Under the pieces are notes generated by a model, which saw only the letters and a program-made list of their open reading frames with translations, made no database searches and was not told where the DNA came from. Positions 51,648 through 62,333 of a DNA stretch of 64,000 bases are shown here, piece by piece (position 1 is the first letter of the stretch; each line of letters starts with the position of its first letter). Source of the DNA: an uncultured Gemmatimonadales bacterium. Lineage in GTDB: Bacteria > Gemmatimonadota > Gemmatimonadetes > Longimicrobiales > Longimicrobiaceae. Location of the stretch: the NCBI GenBank assembly GCA_963716255.1, contig OY970303.1:5376001-5440000 (forward strand). Direction: 5' to 3'. Made by a program: the position numbers and the translations under genes.

Positions 51648-52601
51648 ATGATCCAGGCCGACTCCCTCGTCGCCATCCTCAAGGAGCGCGTCCGGACCGA
51701 GTGGTCCGACGTGTTCAACTGGCCGGAGCTCACCGCCACCGGGCTGCGCATCGTCGCGGCGCTGGTGGTGGGGTGGCTCGCGTTCTGGGCGCTCAAGCTG
51801 CTGCTGCGGCGCATCGAGCGCTCCATCGAGCCGGCCGAGGGCGGGCTCCTGTCGGTGCAGGAGCAGCGGACCAAGACGCTGCTCAGCCTGGTGCGCAGCA
51901 TCGGCATCGTGGTGATCGTCGTGCTGATGGTGTTCATGGTGCTGGCGGCGCTGGGGATCAACCTGGGCCCGCTGCTCGCCGGCGCCGGCGTGATCGGCCT
52001 GGCGGTGTCCTTCGGCGCGCAGTCGCTGGTCAAGGACGTCATCAGCGGCCTCTTCATCCTCTTCGAGAACCAGTACGGCGTGGGCGACGTCATCCGCCTG
52101 GACAGCACGGTCTCCGGCGCGGTGGAGCGCATGACGCTTCGCGTGGTGGTGCTGCGCGACGTGCACGGGGTGGTCCACATCGTGCCCAACGGCGAGATCA
52201 AGCGGGTCAGCAACCTCACCCGCACCTGGGCGCGGGCGGTGCTGGACGTGGGCGTGGCCTACAAGGAGGACGCGGACCGGGTGATGGAGGTGCTGCGCGA
52301 GGTGGGCCGCACCCTCCAGGAGGACCCGCAGTGGAAGCACTTCCTGGTGGAGGACGTCACGGTCCCCGGGATCGAGTCGTTCGGCGAGTCGTCGGTGAAC
52401 ATCCGCGTCATGGCCAAGACGGTCCCGCTCAAGCAGTGGGACGTGGCCCGGGAGCTGCGCCGCCGCATCAAGCGCCGCTTCGACGAGGACGGCATCGAGA
52501 CTGCGAACCCGCGCACGGTCCTCCTGCAGGACGAGATGGCGCGGCACCTGCTCGCCGGCCGCACCGCGGACGGCCCGGACAACGAGGACCCCACCCCATG
52601 A
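51648..52601 (+). CDS. Small-conductance mechanosensitive channel (MscS family)
   Basis: LLAGAGVIGLAVSFGAQSLVKDVISG, GDVI, VPNG. Confidence 0.93.
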   Translation: MIQADSLVAILKERVRTEWSDVFNWPELTATGLRIVAALVVGWLAFWALKLLLRRIERSIEPAEGGLLSVQEQRTKTLLSLVRSIGIVVIVVLMVFMVLAALGINLGPLLAGAGVIGLAVSFGAQSLVKDVISGLFILFENQYGVGDVIRLDSTVSGAVERMTLRVVVLRDVHGVVHIVPNGEIKRVSNLTRTWARAVLDVGVAYKEDADRVMEVLREVGRTLQEDPQWKHFLVEDVTVPGIESFGESSVNIRVMAKTVPLKQWDVARELRRRIKRRFDEDGIETANPRTVLLQDEMARHLLAGRTADGPDNEDPTP

Positions 52602-52715
52602 GCATGGCACTCACGCGGCGATGTAGGTGAGCTCCCCCGCCCCCGGGCGGAACGCTGAACCTGGAGCCGGCGCAACCCCGCGCCCGGCCGTCGCCATCGT
52701 GACCCGCGAGGAGCC

Positions 52716-54161
52716 ATGCCGCTTCAATTCTACAACACGCTCACCCGGCGCCTGGAGGAGTTCGTCCCCCTGGCGGAGGGCAGGGTGGGGATGTACACCT
52801 GCGGCCCCACCATCTACGCGCCGCCGCACATCGGCAACCTGCGCACCTTCTTCTTCGCGGACGTGCTGCACCGGTACCTGGAGTACCGGGGCTACGAGGT
52901 CCGCTTCGTCATGAACCTGACGGACGTGGACGACAAGACCATCCGCGGCGCCAACCAGAAGGGGGTGGCGCTGGGGGAGTACACGGAGCCGTTCGCCGAA
53001 ATCCTCTTCGACAACTTCCGCACGCTGGGGATCGCCCCGGCGGACGTGTACCCGCGCGCCACGCACTACGTGGACGGGATGGTGGAGCTGATCCGCCGGC
53101 TGGAGGAGCGGGGGATCGCCTACGCGGTGGAGGGATCGGTCTACTACGACATCTCCAAGTTCCCGGGATACGGCAAGCTGTCCAGGGTGGACCTGGACGC
53201 GGGCCGGAAGGGGGAGCGCGTGGTGGCCGACGAGTACGAGAAGGGCGACGCGCGCGACTTCGCCCTGTGGAAGGCGGCGAAGCCGGAGGACGAGGCGGTG
53301 GGCGCGGTGTGGGACACGCCCTGGGGCCGCGGCCGCCCGGGGTGGCACATCGAGTGCTCGGTGATGAGCATGCAGGAGCTGGGGGAAACGTTCGACATCC
53401 ACTGCGGCGGGGTGGACCTGACCTTCCCGCACCACGAGGACGAGATCGCGCAGTCGGAGGGCGCTACGGGCAGGGAGTTCGTGCGCTACTGGCTGCACGG
53501 TGAGTTCCTGCAGATGGACGGCGAGAAGATGGCGAAGTCGGTGGGCAACGTCGCCAACCTCCAGGACCTGGTGGGGCAGGGGGTGCGGCCGTCGTCCATC
53601 CGCTACCTGTTCCTGACGGCGCACTACCGGAGCAAGCTCAACTTCAGCATGGAGGGGCTGGCCGCCGCCGCCGAGGCGGTGCGCCGGGTGCGCGACACGC
53701 GCAACCGCCTGCGCGAGCACCCGGCGGTGCCGCACCCGGGCGCGGACGACGTGCCGGTGCTGCACCGCGCGGCGGACACCGCGCTCGCGAAGTTCGCGGA
53801 GGCGATGGACGACGACCTGAACACCAGCGTGGCGCTGGCGGCGCTGCATACCTTCGTGCCGGAGGTGAACGCGCGGCTTGACGCGCTGGGGACGCGGCCC
53901 GTCAGCGAGGCGGAGCGGGACGCGGCGCTCGCCGTCTTCGAGCGGGTGGACGGCGTCTTCATGTTCGTGGCATTGGCGGACCGGGAGGACGTGGTGGACC
54001 CGGAGCTGGCGGCGTGGGTGGAGGAGCGGATCGAGGCGCGGCAGGCGGCGCGGCAGGCGCGGGACTTCGCGCGGTCGGACGCGATCCGGGACGAGCTGGC
54101 GGCGCGCGGGATCGTGGTGGAGGACACGCCGCAGGGGCCGCGCTGGAAGAAGTCGGCTTGA
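52716..54161 (+). CDS. cysS: Cysteine--tRNA ligase
   Basis: CGPTIY, HIGN, DFALWK, GRPGWHIECS, DIHCGG.DL.FPHHE, KMAKS. Confidence 0.98.
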   Translation: MPLQFYNTLTRRLEEFVPLAEGRVGMYTCGPTIYAPPHIGNLRTFFFADVLHRYLEYRGYEVRFVMNLTDVDDKTIRGANQKGVALGEYTEPFAEILFDNFRTLGIAPADVYPRATHYVDGMVELIRRLEERGIAYAVEGSVYYDISKFPGYGKLSRVDLDAGRKGERVVADEYEKGDARDFALWKAAKPEDEAVGAVWDTPWGRGRPGWHIECSVMSMQELGETFDIHCGGVDLTFPHHEDEIAQSEGATGREFVRYWLHGEFLQMDGEKMAKSVGNVANLQDLVGQGVRPSSIRYLFLTAHYRSKLNFSMEGLAAAAEAVRRVRDTRNRLREHPAVPHPGADDVPVLHRAADTALAKFAEAMDDDLNTSVALAALHTFVPEVNARLDALGTRPVSEAERDAALAVFERVDGVFMFVALADREDVVDPELAAWVEERIEARQAARQARDFARSDAIRDELAARGIVVEDTPQGPRWKKSA

Positions 54162-54186
54162 CCCAAACGGGGCTCCGGCTTAGCTT
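54158..54186 (+). promoter_or_regulatory. Sigma70-type promoter of tRNA-Thr
   Basis: TTGACC-N17-TAGCTT. Confidence 0.55.
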
Positions 54187-54226
54187 TGCTCGCCCGTCCG
54201 GCCCGGTGTGGACGGGCGGGCGATCC

Positions 54227-54299
54227 GCCACCTTAGCTCAGTCGGTAGAGCAACGCACTTGTAATGCGTAGGTCGTCGGTTCGATTCCGACAGGTGGCT
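54227..54299 (+). tRNA. tRNA-Thr(TGT)
   Basis: GCCACCTTAGCTCAGTCGGTAGAGCAACGCACTTGTAATGCGTAGGTCGTCGGTTCGATTCCGACAGGTGGCT. Confidence 0.97.
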
Positions 54300-54477
54300 C
54301 TGGGTTGGGAGCTGGAACTCTAGAGTACCGTTGAGAACGGCATCCCTTTCACACCGGATGCCGTTTTCGTTCTAGTAGCCGGGGTGGATCATTGGGTGAG
54401 TTGCCCATCCTCAACTGTTGAAGTACAACACAACTACCACATTCGACGTGAGCCATTGCGGAGAGACATAAATTCAA

Positions 54478-55506
54478 ATGAGCAAGTCCCACGGGATCTA
54501 TCCTCAAGAGTCTGGTAGGAAGCCAGAGGGAATTGCCTATTTTGGAATTTTTCCGTTCCACATCTATTGTAGTGCTCGCGCTGGTCTGCCATTCCGGGCC
54601 GTTGTTGATGGGAGGGCACTTCGGGTTTACTGGCCATTCACTAATGGTCCCTTGGAGGCCGAGCGAGTGAACTGGTCTGCGGTGCCGTATATGCCAGGTT
54701 CCCGACCGCTTTCAGCTGCCATCCCATCCGTTGGTATTACGAGCCGATACAATTGGCCTGAACCTGCTACAGCAGCGAATGCCCTGCGTGTCGATTTCTT
54801 TCCAACGGCTTGGAATCAGGCGGCTATCGCTCCAGTAGTGCGTTTGCTGGGACTTCTGAGGTGGTTTACAGGCCAATGGTGGATCACCCGCGACATGAGG
54901 TTCTCCACATATCCAGGATCAACTGCCCTATCCGTGGACGCGAAAGGGAACCCGATGGGAAGCGTCTGGGGGACAACTAGTTTGCGCGGGCTTCATCAAA
55001 TAGAAAGGTTGTTGACTCCAGAGGACTTCCTCGCCGTCGGAGAAGCATTCAACCGCGGTGAGGCCATACCCTATTCATTTGATGTATTCTGCGACTCTCT
55101 TTACTTCCATGCGGTAGGGGATGAACGTCGATTTATTATGGATGCTAGCATCGCATGTGAGGCCGCCATTTGGGAGCTTGCACAAAAGCGTGCAGCGGAT
55201 AAGGGAATATCAGAGGACCACATTCCTCGATATTTGGAGAGGTTATTGAAAAAATCAAACCTAATCTTCAACTTAGATGAGGGGCTTCGTGCTGTGGCCG
55301 GTGCCTCGTTCAAGGATTACTCTGAGGATGGATTCGACCTGATTTCCCGGATGTGGGCAGCTCGCGGGCTCGTAGCTCACGGACAGCCGCTCCGGTCCCG
55401 CAAAGAAACTGTTGGGTGGTTCACCGAAGAAGATACAGCGAACATTTCTGAAGCTGTTCGTAACCTCTTCGTCTGGTTACAGGATGAGCTTGGATGGTGT
55501 GGATAA
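54478..55506 (+). CDS. Hypothetical protein with C-terminal HEPN-like RxxxxH motif
   Basis: AT-richer 342-aa ORF with a helical C-terminus containing IACEAAI and ARGLVAHG. Confidence 0.6.
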   Translation: MSKSHGIYPQESGRKPEGIAYFGIFPFHIYCSARAGLPFRAVVDGRALRVYWPFTNGPLEAERVNWSAVPYMPGSRPLSAAIPSVGITSRYNWPEPATAANALRVDFFPTAWNQAAIAPVVRLLGLLRWFTGQWWITRDMRFSTYPGSTALSVDAKGNPMGSVWGTTSLRGLHQIERLLTPEDFLAVGEAFNRGEAIPYSFDVFCDSLYFHAVGDERRFIMDASIACEAAIWELAQKRAADKGISEDHIPRYLERLLKKSNLIFNLDEGLRAVAGASFKDYSEDGFDLISRMWAARGLVAHGQPLRSRKETVGWFTEEDTANISEAVRNLFVWLQDELGWCG

Positions 55507-55618
55507 ATCAAGGGTATGATGGACGCCTATTGTTCCGCCTCCGTATTGTCACACCAAGATTAGTGGGTAACAACCACGACCTTAACCATTTTCCTAGCTG
55601 GCCTCTTGTGCCTCGGAG

Positions 55619-55648
55619 TTGACGAAGCGGCATGCTTGGCCGTACATT
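55619..55648 (+). promoter_or_regulatory. Sigma70-type promoter of tRNA-Gly
   Basis: TTGACG-N18-TACATT. Confidence 0.55.
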
Positions 55649-55689
55649 TAGCCTTCTTCCGGTCAGGTGTTTCTACGCCGGAAGGCCGC

Positions 55690-55762
55690 GCGGGAGTAGC
55701 TCAGTTGGTAGAGCATTAGCCTTCCAAGCTAAGGGTCGCGGGTTCGAGTCCCGTCTCCCGCT
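55690..55762 (+). tRNA. tRNA-Gly(TCC)
   Basis: GCGGGAGTAGCTCAGTTGGTAGAGCATTAGCCTTCCAAGCTAAGGGTCGCGGGTTCGAGTCCCGTCTCCCGCT. Confidence 0.97.
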
Positions 55763-55776
55763 TCGCTGTAAACAAG

Positions 55777-55815
55777 AACCCCGGCGCCGCTTTTGCGGTG
55801 CCGGGGTTTGGTTTT
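55777..55815 (+). terminator. Intrinsic terminator after tRNA-Gly
   Basis: AACCCCGGCGCCGC-TTTT-GCGGTGCCGGGGTT followed by a T-rich tail. Confidence 0.75.
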
Positions 55816-55873
55816 CTGTCCGTCAGATCGCTTCAGGGGTCTGTTGCAGCTGTCCATTACCCTCGACGGTTCG

Positions 55874-56113
55874 TCAGGGCCGTTCCCGTTCCTGCTCGTC
55901 CGCCGCCACGTACTCCTCCCAGCGCTCCGAGAAATCGGTTGGACCGTCAATCTCCAGGGATTGCGCGAGTTGGAGGAACGTGCTTGCCTGGCGCTCCGCC
56001 GGAGACGACTCCCGGATCGTCACCTCGACAGGAACGTGCAGCGGAAGCCCGACCGGCTCGTCCAGCCGAAGTACCGTCGGACTCTCCAGCACACCCCGTA
56101 TGGTCCTGATCAT
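55874..56113 (-). CDS. Small protein, antitoxin-like (AF2212/DUF104-like N-terminus)
   Basis: MIRTIRGVLE..VLRLDEPVGLP..PVEVTI and C-terminal GPTDFSERWEEY; RBS AAGGAG. The family call is tentative. Confidence 0.6.
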   Translation of the reverse strand: MIRTIRGVLESPTVLRLDEPVGLPLHVPVEVTIRESSPAERQASTFLQLAQSLEIDGPTDFSERWEEYVAADEQERERP

Positions 56114-56423
56114 TCTGGCTCCTTTCGTTGATGGGGCCACCGGCGTGCTTCCATCCTCACACGGCGGTTAGAGCCAATATTCGGCCACAGCGGAGCAGCC
56201 TGCACCTGGCGGGCCACCCATCCCGTCCCGCTGAAGCGCCCACCACCCGCGCTGGCAGATGCGGGAGCGAACGCGCACGTCGTCGTTGCGTCCCCGCCCC
56301 CGCCGATTTAACCTGCATCGAGCCCGGCAACCCGCGTCACCCCCCGCCCGGCACCGACGGATCCACACCCCGCACCTCCCAGCGCTTCAGCCCGCACACC
56401 CGCTCCCGGTGGAGAACCCGACC

Positions 56424-57677
56424 GTGGTGGATTCCGCTGAACTCTCGCGGCTGCGCATCTCGCGCGCACCGCCCTCCAACGCCCCGCGCCGCACCCGTCG
56501 CACGCTCGTGCTCGCCGTCGGAGTCGTGGCGATCGCTCTCTTGGCGGCCGCCCTCGCCTTTGGAGCCCGCGAGCGACCGCTCGAGGTGCGGACCGCGACC
56601 GCCGCGCTGCGCGGCGGCGGCGCGGGCGGCGGCGGGCTCACCGCCAACGGCTACGTCGTCGCCCGGACCAAGGCGTCCGTCTCCTCCAAGGTCCCGGGGC
56701 GCCTCGCGTCGCTCGCCTACGAGGAGGGCGACCGCGTCCCCGTCGGCGCGGTGATCGCCCGGCTCGACGCCGCCGAGTACGAGGCGGCCGTGCGCCAGGC
56801 GGCCTCGGAGCGGCTGGCGGTGGAGGCCGCGAGCCACGAGGCGGAAGCCGGCATGGCGCAGGCGCGGCGCGCGCTGGCGAGAGCGCGCTCGCTGGCGGGC
56901 GCGTCGCTCGTCGCGCCCCAGGAGCTGGAGGACGCGGAGACCGGCGTGCAGGTGGCCGAGTCCCGGCGGCGCGCCGCGTCCGCCCGTCTCGCCGCGGCCC
57001 GCCAGGCGGTGGCCATCGCGGACGCGAACCTGGAGAACACCCGGGTCCGGGCACCCTTCACCGGCACCGTGCTCCGCAAGGACGCGGAGGTCGGCGAGGT
57101 CGTGGCTCCCTCCGTCGGCGGCGGCCTCACCCGCGGCGCCGTGGTCACCATGGCCGACCTTTCCACCCTCGAGGTGGAGGTGGACGTGAACGAGGCCTAC
57201 ATCGCCACCATCCGTCACGGACAGCCCGCGGCCGTCGTCCTCGACGCCTACCCCGGAGAGAGGTTCCCCGGCCGCGTGCGGCAGGTGGTCCCCACCGCCG
57301 ACCGGCAGAAGGCGACGGTGCTCGTCCGCGTCGCCATCGACAGCCCGGACCCGCGGATCCTGCCGGAGATGGGCGCCCGCGTGGAGTTCCGGGAAGAAGC
57401 TGCCGGAAAGGACGGGGCGGGCGCCGCGGCGCGATCGCGGGTCTTCGCCCCCGCCGCGGCGGTGCGGGTCGAGGGAGCGGAGACGGTGGTGTACGTCGTC
57501 CGCGCCGGCCGCGCCGTGCGGCGCGTCGTGGAAGCAGCTCCCGTGAGCGGGGGAGAGCGGGAAATCCGCTCGGGACTGAGCGGGGGCGAGACCCTGGTGC
57601 TCGAGCCCCCGCCCGAACTGACGAGCGACGCGCCGGTGCGCGTCGCGCCGGGCAACGCCAACCGGGAGGCCCCATGA
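56424..57677 (+). CDS. Efflux periplasmic adaptor / membrane-fusion protein
   Basis: N-terminal [43 protein letters not shown] start after GGAG. Confidence 0.9.
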   Translation: MVDSAELSRLRISRAPPSNAPRRTRRTLVLAVGVVAIALLAAALAFGARERPLEVRTATAALRGGGAGGGGLTANGYVVARTKASVSSKVPGRLASLAYEEGDRVPVGAVIARLDAAEYEAAVRQAASERLAVEAASHEAEAGMAQARRALARARSLAGASLVAPQELEDAETGVQVAESRRRAASARLAAARQAVAIADANLENTRVRAPFTGTVLRKDAEVGEVVAPSVGGGLTRGAVVTMADLSTLEVEVDVNEAYIATIRHGQPAAVVLDAYPGERFPGRVRQVVPTADRQKATVLVRVAIDSPDPRILPEMGARVEFREEAAGKDGAGAAARSRVFAPAAAVRVEGAETVVYVVRAGRAVRRVVEAAPVSGGEREIRSGLSGGETLVLEPPPELTSDAPVRVAPGNANREAP

Positions 57678-58378
57678 TGCCGCTCGTAGAGGTGCGGGAC
57701 GTCAGCAAGGTGTACCACCGCGACAGCGTCGAGGTCCCGGTCCTGGACCGGCTGAGCCTGACCATCGCCGAGGGGGAGTTCCTGGCGCTCATGGGGCCGT
57801 CCGGGAGCGGCAAGAGCACGCTCCTCAACCTGCTGGCCGGGCTCGACCTGCCCAGCTCCGGCAGCGTCGTGGTCGCGGGGCAGGACCTCACGACGCTCCG
57901 GCCGAAACAGCTGGCGGGGTGGAGGGCCCGCCACGTCGGCTTCATCTTCCAGCTCTACAACCTGATCCCCGTCCTCACCGCCCTGCAGAACGTGGAGCTC
58001 CCGCTCCTCCTGACCCCGCTGGGGAGGAAGGAGCGGCGCGAGCACGCCGAGACGGCGCTCCGCGTCGTCGGGCTCGAGGACCGCATGGGCCACTACCCGC
58101 GGCAGCTTTCCGGCGGCCAGGAGCAGCGGGTGGGGATCGCCCGCGCGATCGCCACCGATCCCACCCTCATCCTCGCCGACGAGCCCACGGGCGACCTGGA
58201 CGCGCGCTCGGCCGGGGAGATCCTCGACCTGCTGGAGCGCCTCAACGCCGAGTTCCACAAGACCATCGTCATGGTCACCCACGACCCGCAGGCGGCGAAG
58301 CGCGCCGGCCGCACCCTGCACCTGGAGAAGGGCGCCCTGCTGGAGGCCGCCGGCGAGCCGGTCGGCGCGGTGCCGTGA
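57674..58378 (+). CDS. ABC transporter ATP-binding protein (MacB/LolD-like)
   Basis: [29 protein letters not shown]. Confidence 0.96.
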   Translation: MMPLVEVRDVSKVYHRDSVEVPVLDRLSLTIAEGEFLALMGPSGSGKSTLLNLLAGLDLPSSGSVVVAGQDLTTLRPKQLAGWRARHVGFIFQLYNLIPVLTALQNVELPLLLTPLGRKERREHAETALRVVGLEDRMGHYPRQLSGGQEQRVGIARAIATDPTLILADEPTGDLDARSAGEILDLLERLNAEFHKTIVMVTHDPQAAKRAGRTLHLEKGALLEAAGEPVGAVP

Positions 58379-59526
58379 CCCGGTCGACGCTGGTGGCGGC
58401 GAACCTGCGGCGCCGCACGCGGCGCACCGTCCTGACCGTGCTCGGGCTCGCGGTCGCCCTCTTCCTCTTCGTCACCCTGCGGACCTTCCTCCACACCCTC
58501 CAGACGGTCGGAGACGTGGGGAGCGAGTCCCGCCTGGTCGTCAGCAACAAGCTGGGGATCATCTTTCCTCTCCCCCTCGCCTACGGCAGCCGGCTGCGGG
58601 GCCTGGACGGCGTCCATACCGTGAGCTACGCCTCCTGGTTCGGGGGGATCTACCAGGACCCGAGCAACTTCTTCGCCAACTTCGCAATCGAGCCGGAGAG
58701 CTACTTCGCCCTCTACCCGGAGATGGTGATCGCCCCCGCAGACCGGACGGCGTTCCTGGCGGACCGGACGGGCGCCCTGGTGGGCGTGCGGCTGCTGGAG
58801 CGCTTCGGGTGGAAGCCCGGCCAGACGGTCACCCTCCGCGGCACCATCTACCCCGGGGAGCACCGCTTCACCATCCGGGGCGTCTACCACGCGGGGAAGA
58901 AGGGGTTCGACGAGAGCTCGCTCGTCTTCCACCACCGCTACCTGGAGGAGATCGGCCGCGCCCAGGGCGGCGAGGGCTCCACCGGCTGGTACGTTCTCGG
59001 GGTGGCCGACCCGACCCGGGCGCCGGAGATCGCCTCCACCATCGACGGCTTCTACGAGAACTCGTCCGCGCCGACCCGGTCGCAGACCGAAAAAGCGTTC
59101 AACCTGGCGTTCGTCGGTCTGTACGGGAACATCGGCTTCCTCCTCAACGCCATCGGGATGGCCGTGGTCTTCGCCATCCTCCTGGTCGCGGCGAACACCA
59201 TGGCCATGTCGGCGCGGGAGCGCTTCGGTGAGATCGCGGTGCTCAAGTCGCTCGGCTTCACGGACGGCGACGTCGCGCGCATGGTGTTCACGGAGGCGCT
59301 GGTGATCGCCGGGCTGGGGCTCCTCCTCGGCCTCGGCGGCGCCCTCCTGGCCTTCAACGTGGTGGAGTTCGACCTCGGGGGATTCGTCCCCGGCCTGACG
59401 GTCACGCCGGTGATCATGGCGGTGGCCGCGGCAATCGCCCTGGTGATCGCGCTGGCCAGCGGCGCCGGGCCCGCCTGGCAGTCGGCGCGGCTCCGCGTGG
59501 TCGACGCGCTGAGGTACGTCGCATGA
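58375..59526 (+). CDS. ABC transporter permease (MacB/FtsX-like)
   Basis: [35 protein letters not shown]. Confidence 0.92.
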   Translation: MTRSTLVAANLRRRTRRTVLTVLGLAVALFLFVTLRTFLHTLQTVGDVGSESRLVVSNKLGIIFPLPLAYGSRLRGLDGVHTVSYASWFGGIYQDPSNFFANFAIEPESYFALYPEMVIAPADRTAFLADRTGALVGVRLLERFGWKPGQTVTLRGTIYPGEHRFTIRGVYHAGKKGFDESSLVFHHRYLEEIGRAQGGEGSTGWYVLGVADPTRAPEIASTIDGFYENSSAPTRSQTEKAFNLAFVGLYGNIGFLLNAIGMAVVFAILLVAANTMAMSARERFGEIAVLKSLGFTDGDVARMVFTEALVIAGLGLLLGLGGALLAFNVVEFDLGGFVPGLTVTPVIMAVAAAIALVIALASGAGPAWQSARLRVVDALRYVA

Positions 59527-60686
59527 AGATCCCCCTGATCTACAACGTGCGCAGCGTGCTGCACCGCCCCGTCACCAGCCTGGCGACGGCGCTCGGCATC
59601 GCGCTGGTGGTGGTCACCTTCGTGGGAATGCTGGCGCTCTCCAACGGGTTCCGGGCCGCGCTCATCTCCACGGGGCGGCCGGAGAACGTCCTGCTGCTCC
59701 GCAAGGGCGCCGACGCGGAGATCTCCAGCGGGATCAGCCGGGAGCAGGCCGCGATTCTGCGCAGCTTCCCCGACTTCGCGAAGCTCCCCGATGGGCGGCC
59801 GATGGCCACGGCCGACGTCCTCGTCGTCGTCTCGAAGCCACGGCTGAACGGGACGGAGACGCACATGACCGTGCGCGGCGTCGGGCCGGAGGCCACCTCG
59901 GTCCGCGACGAGGTGCGGATCGTGGGCGGGCGGATGTTCGAGCCGGGGAGGGCGGAGGTGGTGGCGGGGAGGGGGCTGGTGGGACGGATGCGCGACGTGG
60001 AACTGGGCGACAGGCTGCGGCTGGGGCAGCAGGACTTCACCGTCGTCGGCCACTTCGCTGCGGAGGGCGGCGCCTTCGAGTCGGAGGTCTGGGGCGACGC
60101 GGAAACCCTGATGCCCGTGTTCCGCGGCCCCGTTTACCAGTCGATGGCGCTCCGCCTCGCCGACCCCGCCGCCTTCGCCGCCGCGAAGGCCCGCATCGAG
60201 GGCGACCCGCGACTCCAGCTCCAGGTCAAGCGCGAGTCCGAATTCTTCGCTGAGCAGTCCGCCCTGCTCAGCTCCATGCTCCGCTTCATCGCCATCTTCG
60301 TCACCTCGATCATGGCGATCGGGGCGGTCTTCGGGGCCATCAACACCATGGACGCCATGGTCGCCGCCCGCGGCCGGGAGATCGCGCTGCTCCAGACGCT
60401 CGGCTTCCGGCCCGGCAGCGTGCTCGCGTCCTTCCTGCTGGAAGCGGTGTTCCTGGCGCTGGTGGGCGGGCTGCTGGGGTGCCTGCTGGCGCTGCCGATC
60501 AACGGGATCCAGACCAGCACCACCAACTGGCAGTCGTTCGGGGAGCTGACCTTCGCCTTCCGCGTCACGCCCGGGATCCTCCTTCAGGGACTCGTCTTCG
60601 CGGTGGTCATGGGGCTCCTTGGCGGCTTCCTGCCGGCCCGGCGCGCCGCCAAGCAGGTGGTGGCGCTGGGGCTGCGCCGGGAGTGA
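59523..60686 (+). CDS. ABC transporter permease (MacB/FtsX-like)
   Basis: INTMDAMVAARGREIALLQTLGF, GGFLPARRAA. Confidence 0.92.
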   Translation: MKIPLIYNVRSVLHRPVTSLATALGIALVVVTFVGMLALSNGFRAALISTGRPENVLLLRKGADAEISSGISREQAAILRSFPDFAKLPDGRPMATADVLVVVSKPRLNGTETHMTVRGVGPEATSVRDEVRIVGGRMFEPGRAEVVAGRGLVGRMRDVELGDRLRLGQQDFTVVGHFAAEGGAFESEVWGDAETLMPVFRGPVYQSMALRLADPAAFAAAKARIEGDPRLQLQVKRESEFFAEQSALLSSMLRFIAIFVTSIMAIGAVFGAINTMDAMVAARGREIALLQTLGFRPGSVLASFLLEAVFLALVGGLLGCLLALPINGIQTSTTNWQSFGELTFAFRVTPGILLQGLVFAVVMGLLGGFLPARRAAKQVVALGLRRE

Positions 60687-60763
60687 CGTTCGACGAGGCA
60701 GCCGCCTATCGTCGACGGCGCGACCGGGCGGAACGGGGCGGAGTGCTCCCCCCGCGTGGACGG

Positions 60764-60851
60764 GCCTTCCAAGCCAGGAGTCGCGGGTTCGAGTCCCATC
60801 TCCCGCTTCGTAACAATCAAGAACCCCGGCATCGCGAAAGCGGTGTCGGGG
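60764..60851 (+). repeat. Diverged 3' half of tRNA-Gly plus duplicated terminator (att-like)
   Basis: GCCTTCCAAGCCAGGAGTCGCGGGTTCGAGTCCCATCTCCCGCTTCG...CAAGAACCCCGGCATCGC-GAAA-GCGGTGTCGGGG. Confidence 0.88.
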
Positions 60852-60965
60852 CTTCGCTGTTGGCGAGTATGACGCTCGGCGGACCAAAGTATGGCGCGTG
60901 CGGCACTGTCGGGGTTGTCCTGTCGCGGGGTGTTCTCGTCTGATTACACAACGCCGCGAGCATTG

Positions 60966-62333
60966 ATGGACGCCACGCCCGCAGTCACTTCGGACAAGCC
61001 GCAGAAGCAGACACCAGCAGGACGTCTCCGCACCATCGAGCCCATACCTCCTCCGCTGACCTGGAGAGAGGAAATCGACGCCATCAAAGACATGGCCGAT
61101 GCGCTCGCGGTGTCGCTCTGGCGAGCGCTGCGCAACGTGCGCATGTGGGCAGAGACGGAGCCGCAGAGGCGGCGGAACCTGTTCCATCCTCCCACGCGCA
61201 CCACGCTCGAAGCAATGGGCCTGGCGTGCGCGAAAGACCCGGAGCTGATCGAAGCGTTCGGCACTTTCTCTCTGCTCCTCCGGGCACCGCATCAGGCGCG
61301 GAAGGAACAGGTAGCCGATGCATGCCGGCAGGTTTTCGAATGGGCGGAAGAACGGTCGCTCCTGATGACGGCCGTGCACTTCGCGGAGGCGGCGGCTACC
61401 GCAGACCCGGAGCATCCTGCCCGTGCGAACGACGCGGGGCACATCTGCAGGCGCGCGGCGCTCAACGAGCGATCGGCCATCTGGTACCAGCGCGGCTTTG
61501 GCTTGGCCGTGCGGATCGGAGAGCGCCGGTCGATCCGGAGCCGAGTGGAGTCGATCAGGGCTCTTCTCGGATATGGGATCCTGATGCAGTTCCAGGGCCG
61601 GTACGAAGAGGCGAAGGCTTACTACGAGCGCGCCGTGCGAAGGGCGGTTCGCACAGGGCGGCAGCGGCAGGCGGCCCGTGCAAAGCACGATCTCCTCACG
61701 TTTGCGGCTGAAGTCGGAGCCTACGAGGAAGGAGAGCGCTACGCGACGGAGGCCCTGGACCTCTATCCCATCAACGATCCCCAGATTCCGGCTCTCGCGC
61801 ACGATTGGGCATTCCTGCTGATCCGCTTTCGCCATTTCACCCCGGTGATTCCCGTTCTTCAGCTCACGGCGCCCCACATTCAGGCACCGGAGATTCAGAC
61901 CCTTGTCTGGGGTAGTCTCGCGAGAGCAGCGGCCGGAGCGCGGAGGCGAGATCTGTTTGCCGAATCAGAGCGGAAGGTACTTCTGCGCGTCGCACAATAT
62001 GAGGAATACGCGTCCGCCGCCCTCATTCACCTTGCAGAAGGCGCGCGAGCATTTGGGCAGTGGGATCAGGCCGAGCAGTATGCAGAGAGGGCCGTAGAGA
62101 TTGCTCGAAATCGGAAGCAGGCGCTCCAAGAGCGCGATGCACTGGAGCTTCTACGGAGAATTGCGGGTCGGGAGGCAGCACCATCCGAGGGGGACCCGCC
62201 GAATCCTGACCGCGTTCGGATGCTGGCTCGCCGCTTCACCGCTCGTCTGCAAACATGGAAAGCCCTGGGCCCGCGAAAGCCCAGGGCCGATCCGGATATC
62301 TTCAGCGATTTTCCTGCGGAGGCGAAGTCCTAG
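60966..62333 (+). CDS. Tetratricopeptide-repeat (TPR) protein
   Basis: Ala-rich helical repeats, e.g. ALLGYGILMQFQGRYEEAKAYYERAV and ALIHLAEGARAFGQWDQAEQYAERAV. Start could be 60891. Confidence 0.85.
   Translation: MDATPAVTSDKPQKQTPAGRLRTIEPIPPPLTWREEIDAIKDMADALAVSLWRALRNVRMWAETEPQRRRNLFHPPTRTTLEAMGLACAKDPELIEAFGTFSLLLRAPHQARKEQVADACRQVFEWAEERSLLMTAVHFAEAAATADPEHPARANDAGHICRRAALNERSAIWYQRGFGLAVRIGERRSIRSRVESIRALLGYGILMQFQGRYEEAKAYYERAVRRAVRTGRQRQAARAKHDLLTFAAEVGAYEEGERYATEALDLYPINDPQIPALAHDWAFLLIRFRHFTPVIPVLQLTAPHIQAPEIQTLVWGSLARAAAGARRRDLFAESERKVLLRVAQYEEYASAALIHLAEGARAFGQWDQAEQYAERAVEIARNRKQALQERDALELLRRIAGREAAPSEGDPPNPDRVRMLARRFTARLQTWKALGPRKPRADPDIFSDFPAEAKS

Noticed and set aside
60764..60810. 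Additional functional tRNA-Gly
   Set aside because: Only the 3' half is present, with a T-stem mismatch.
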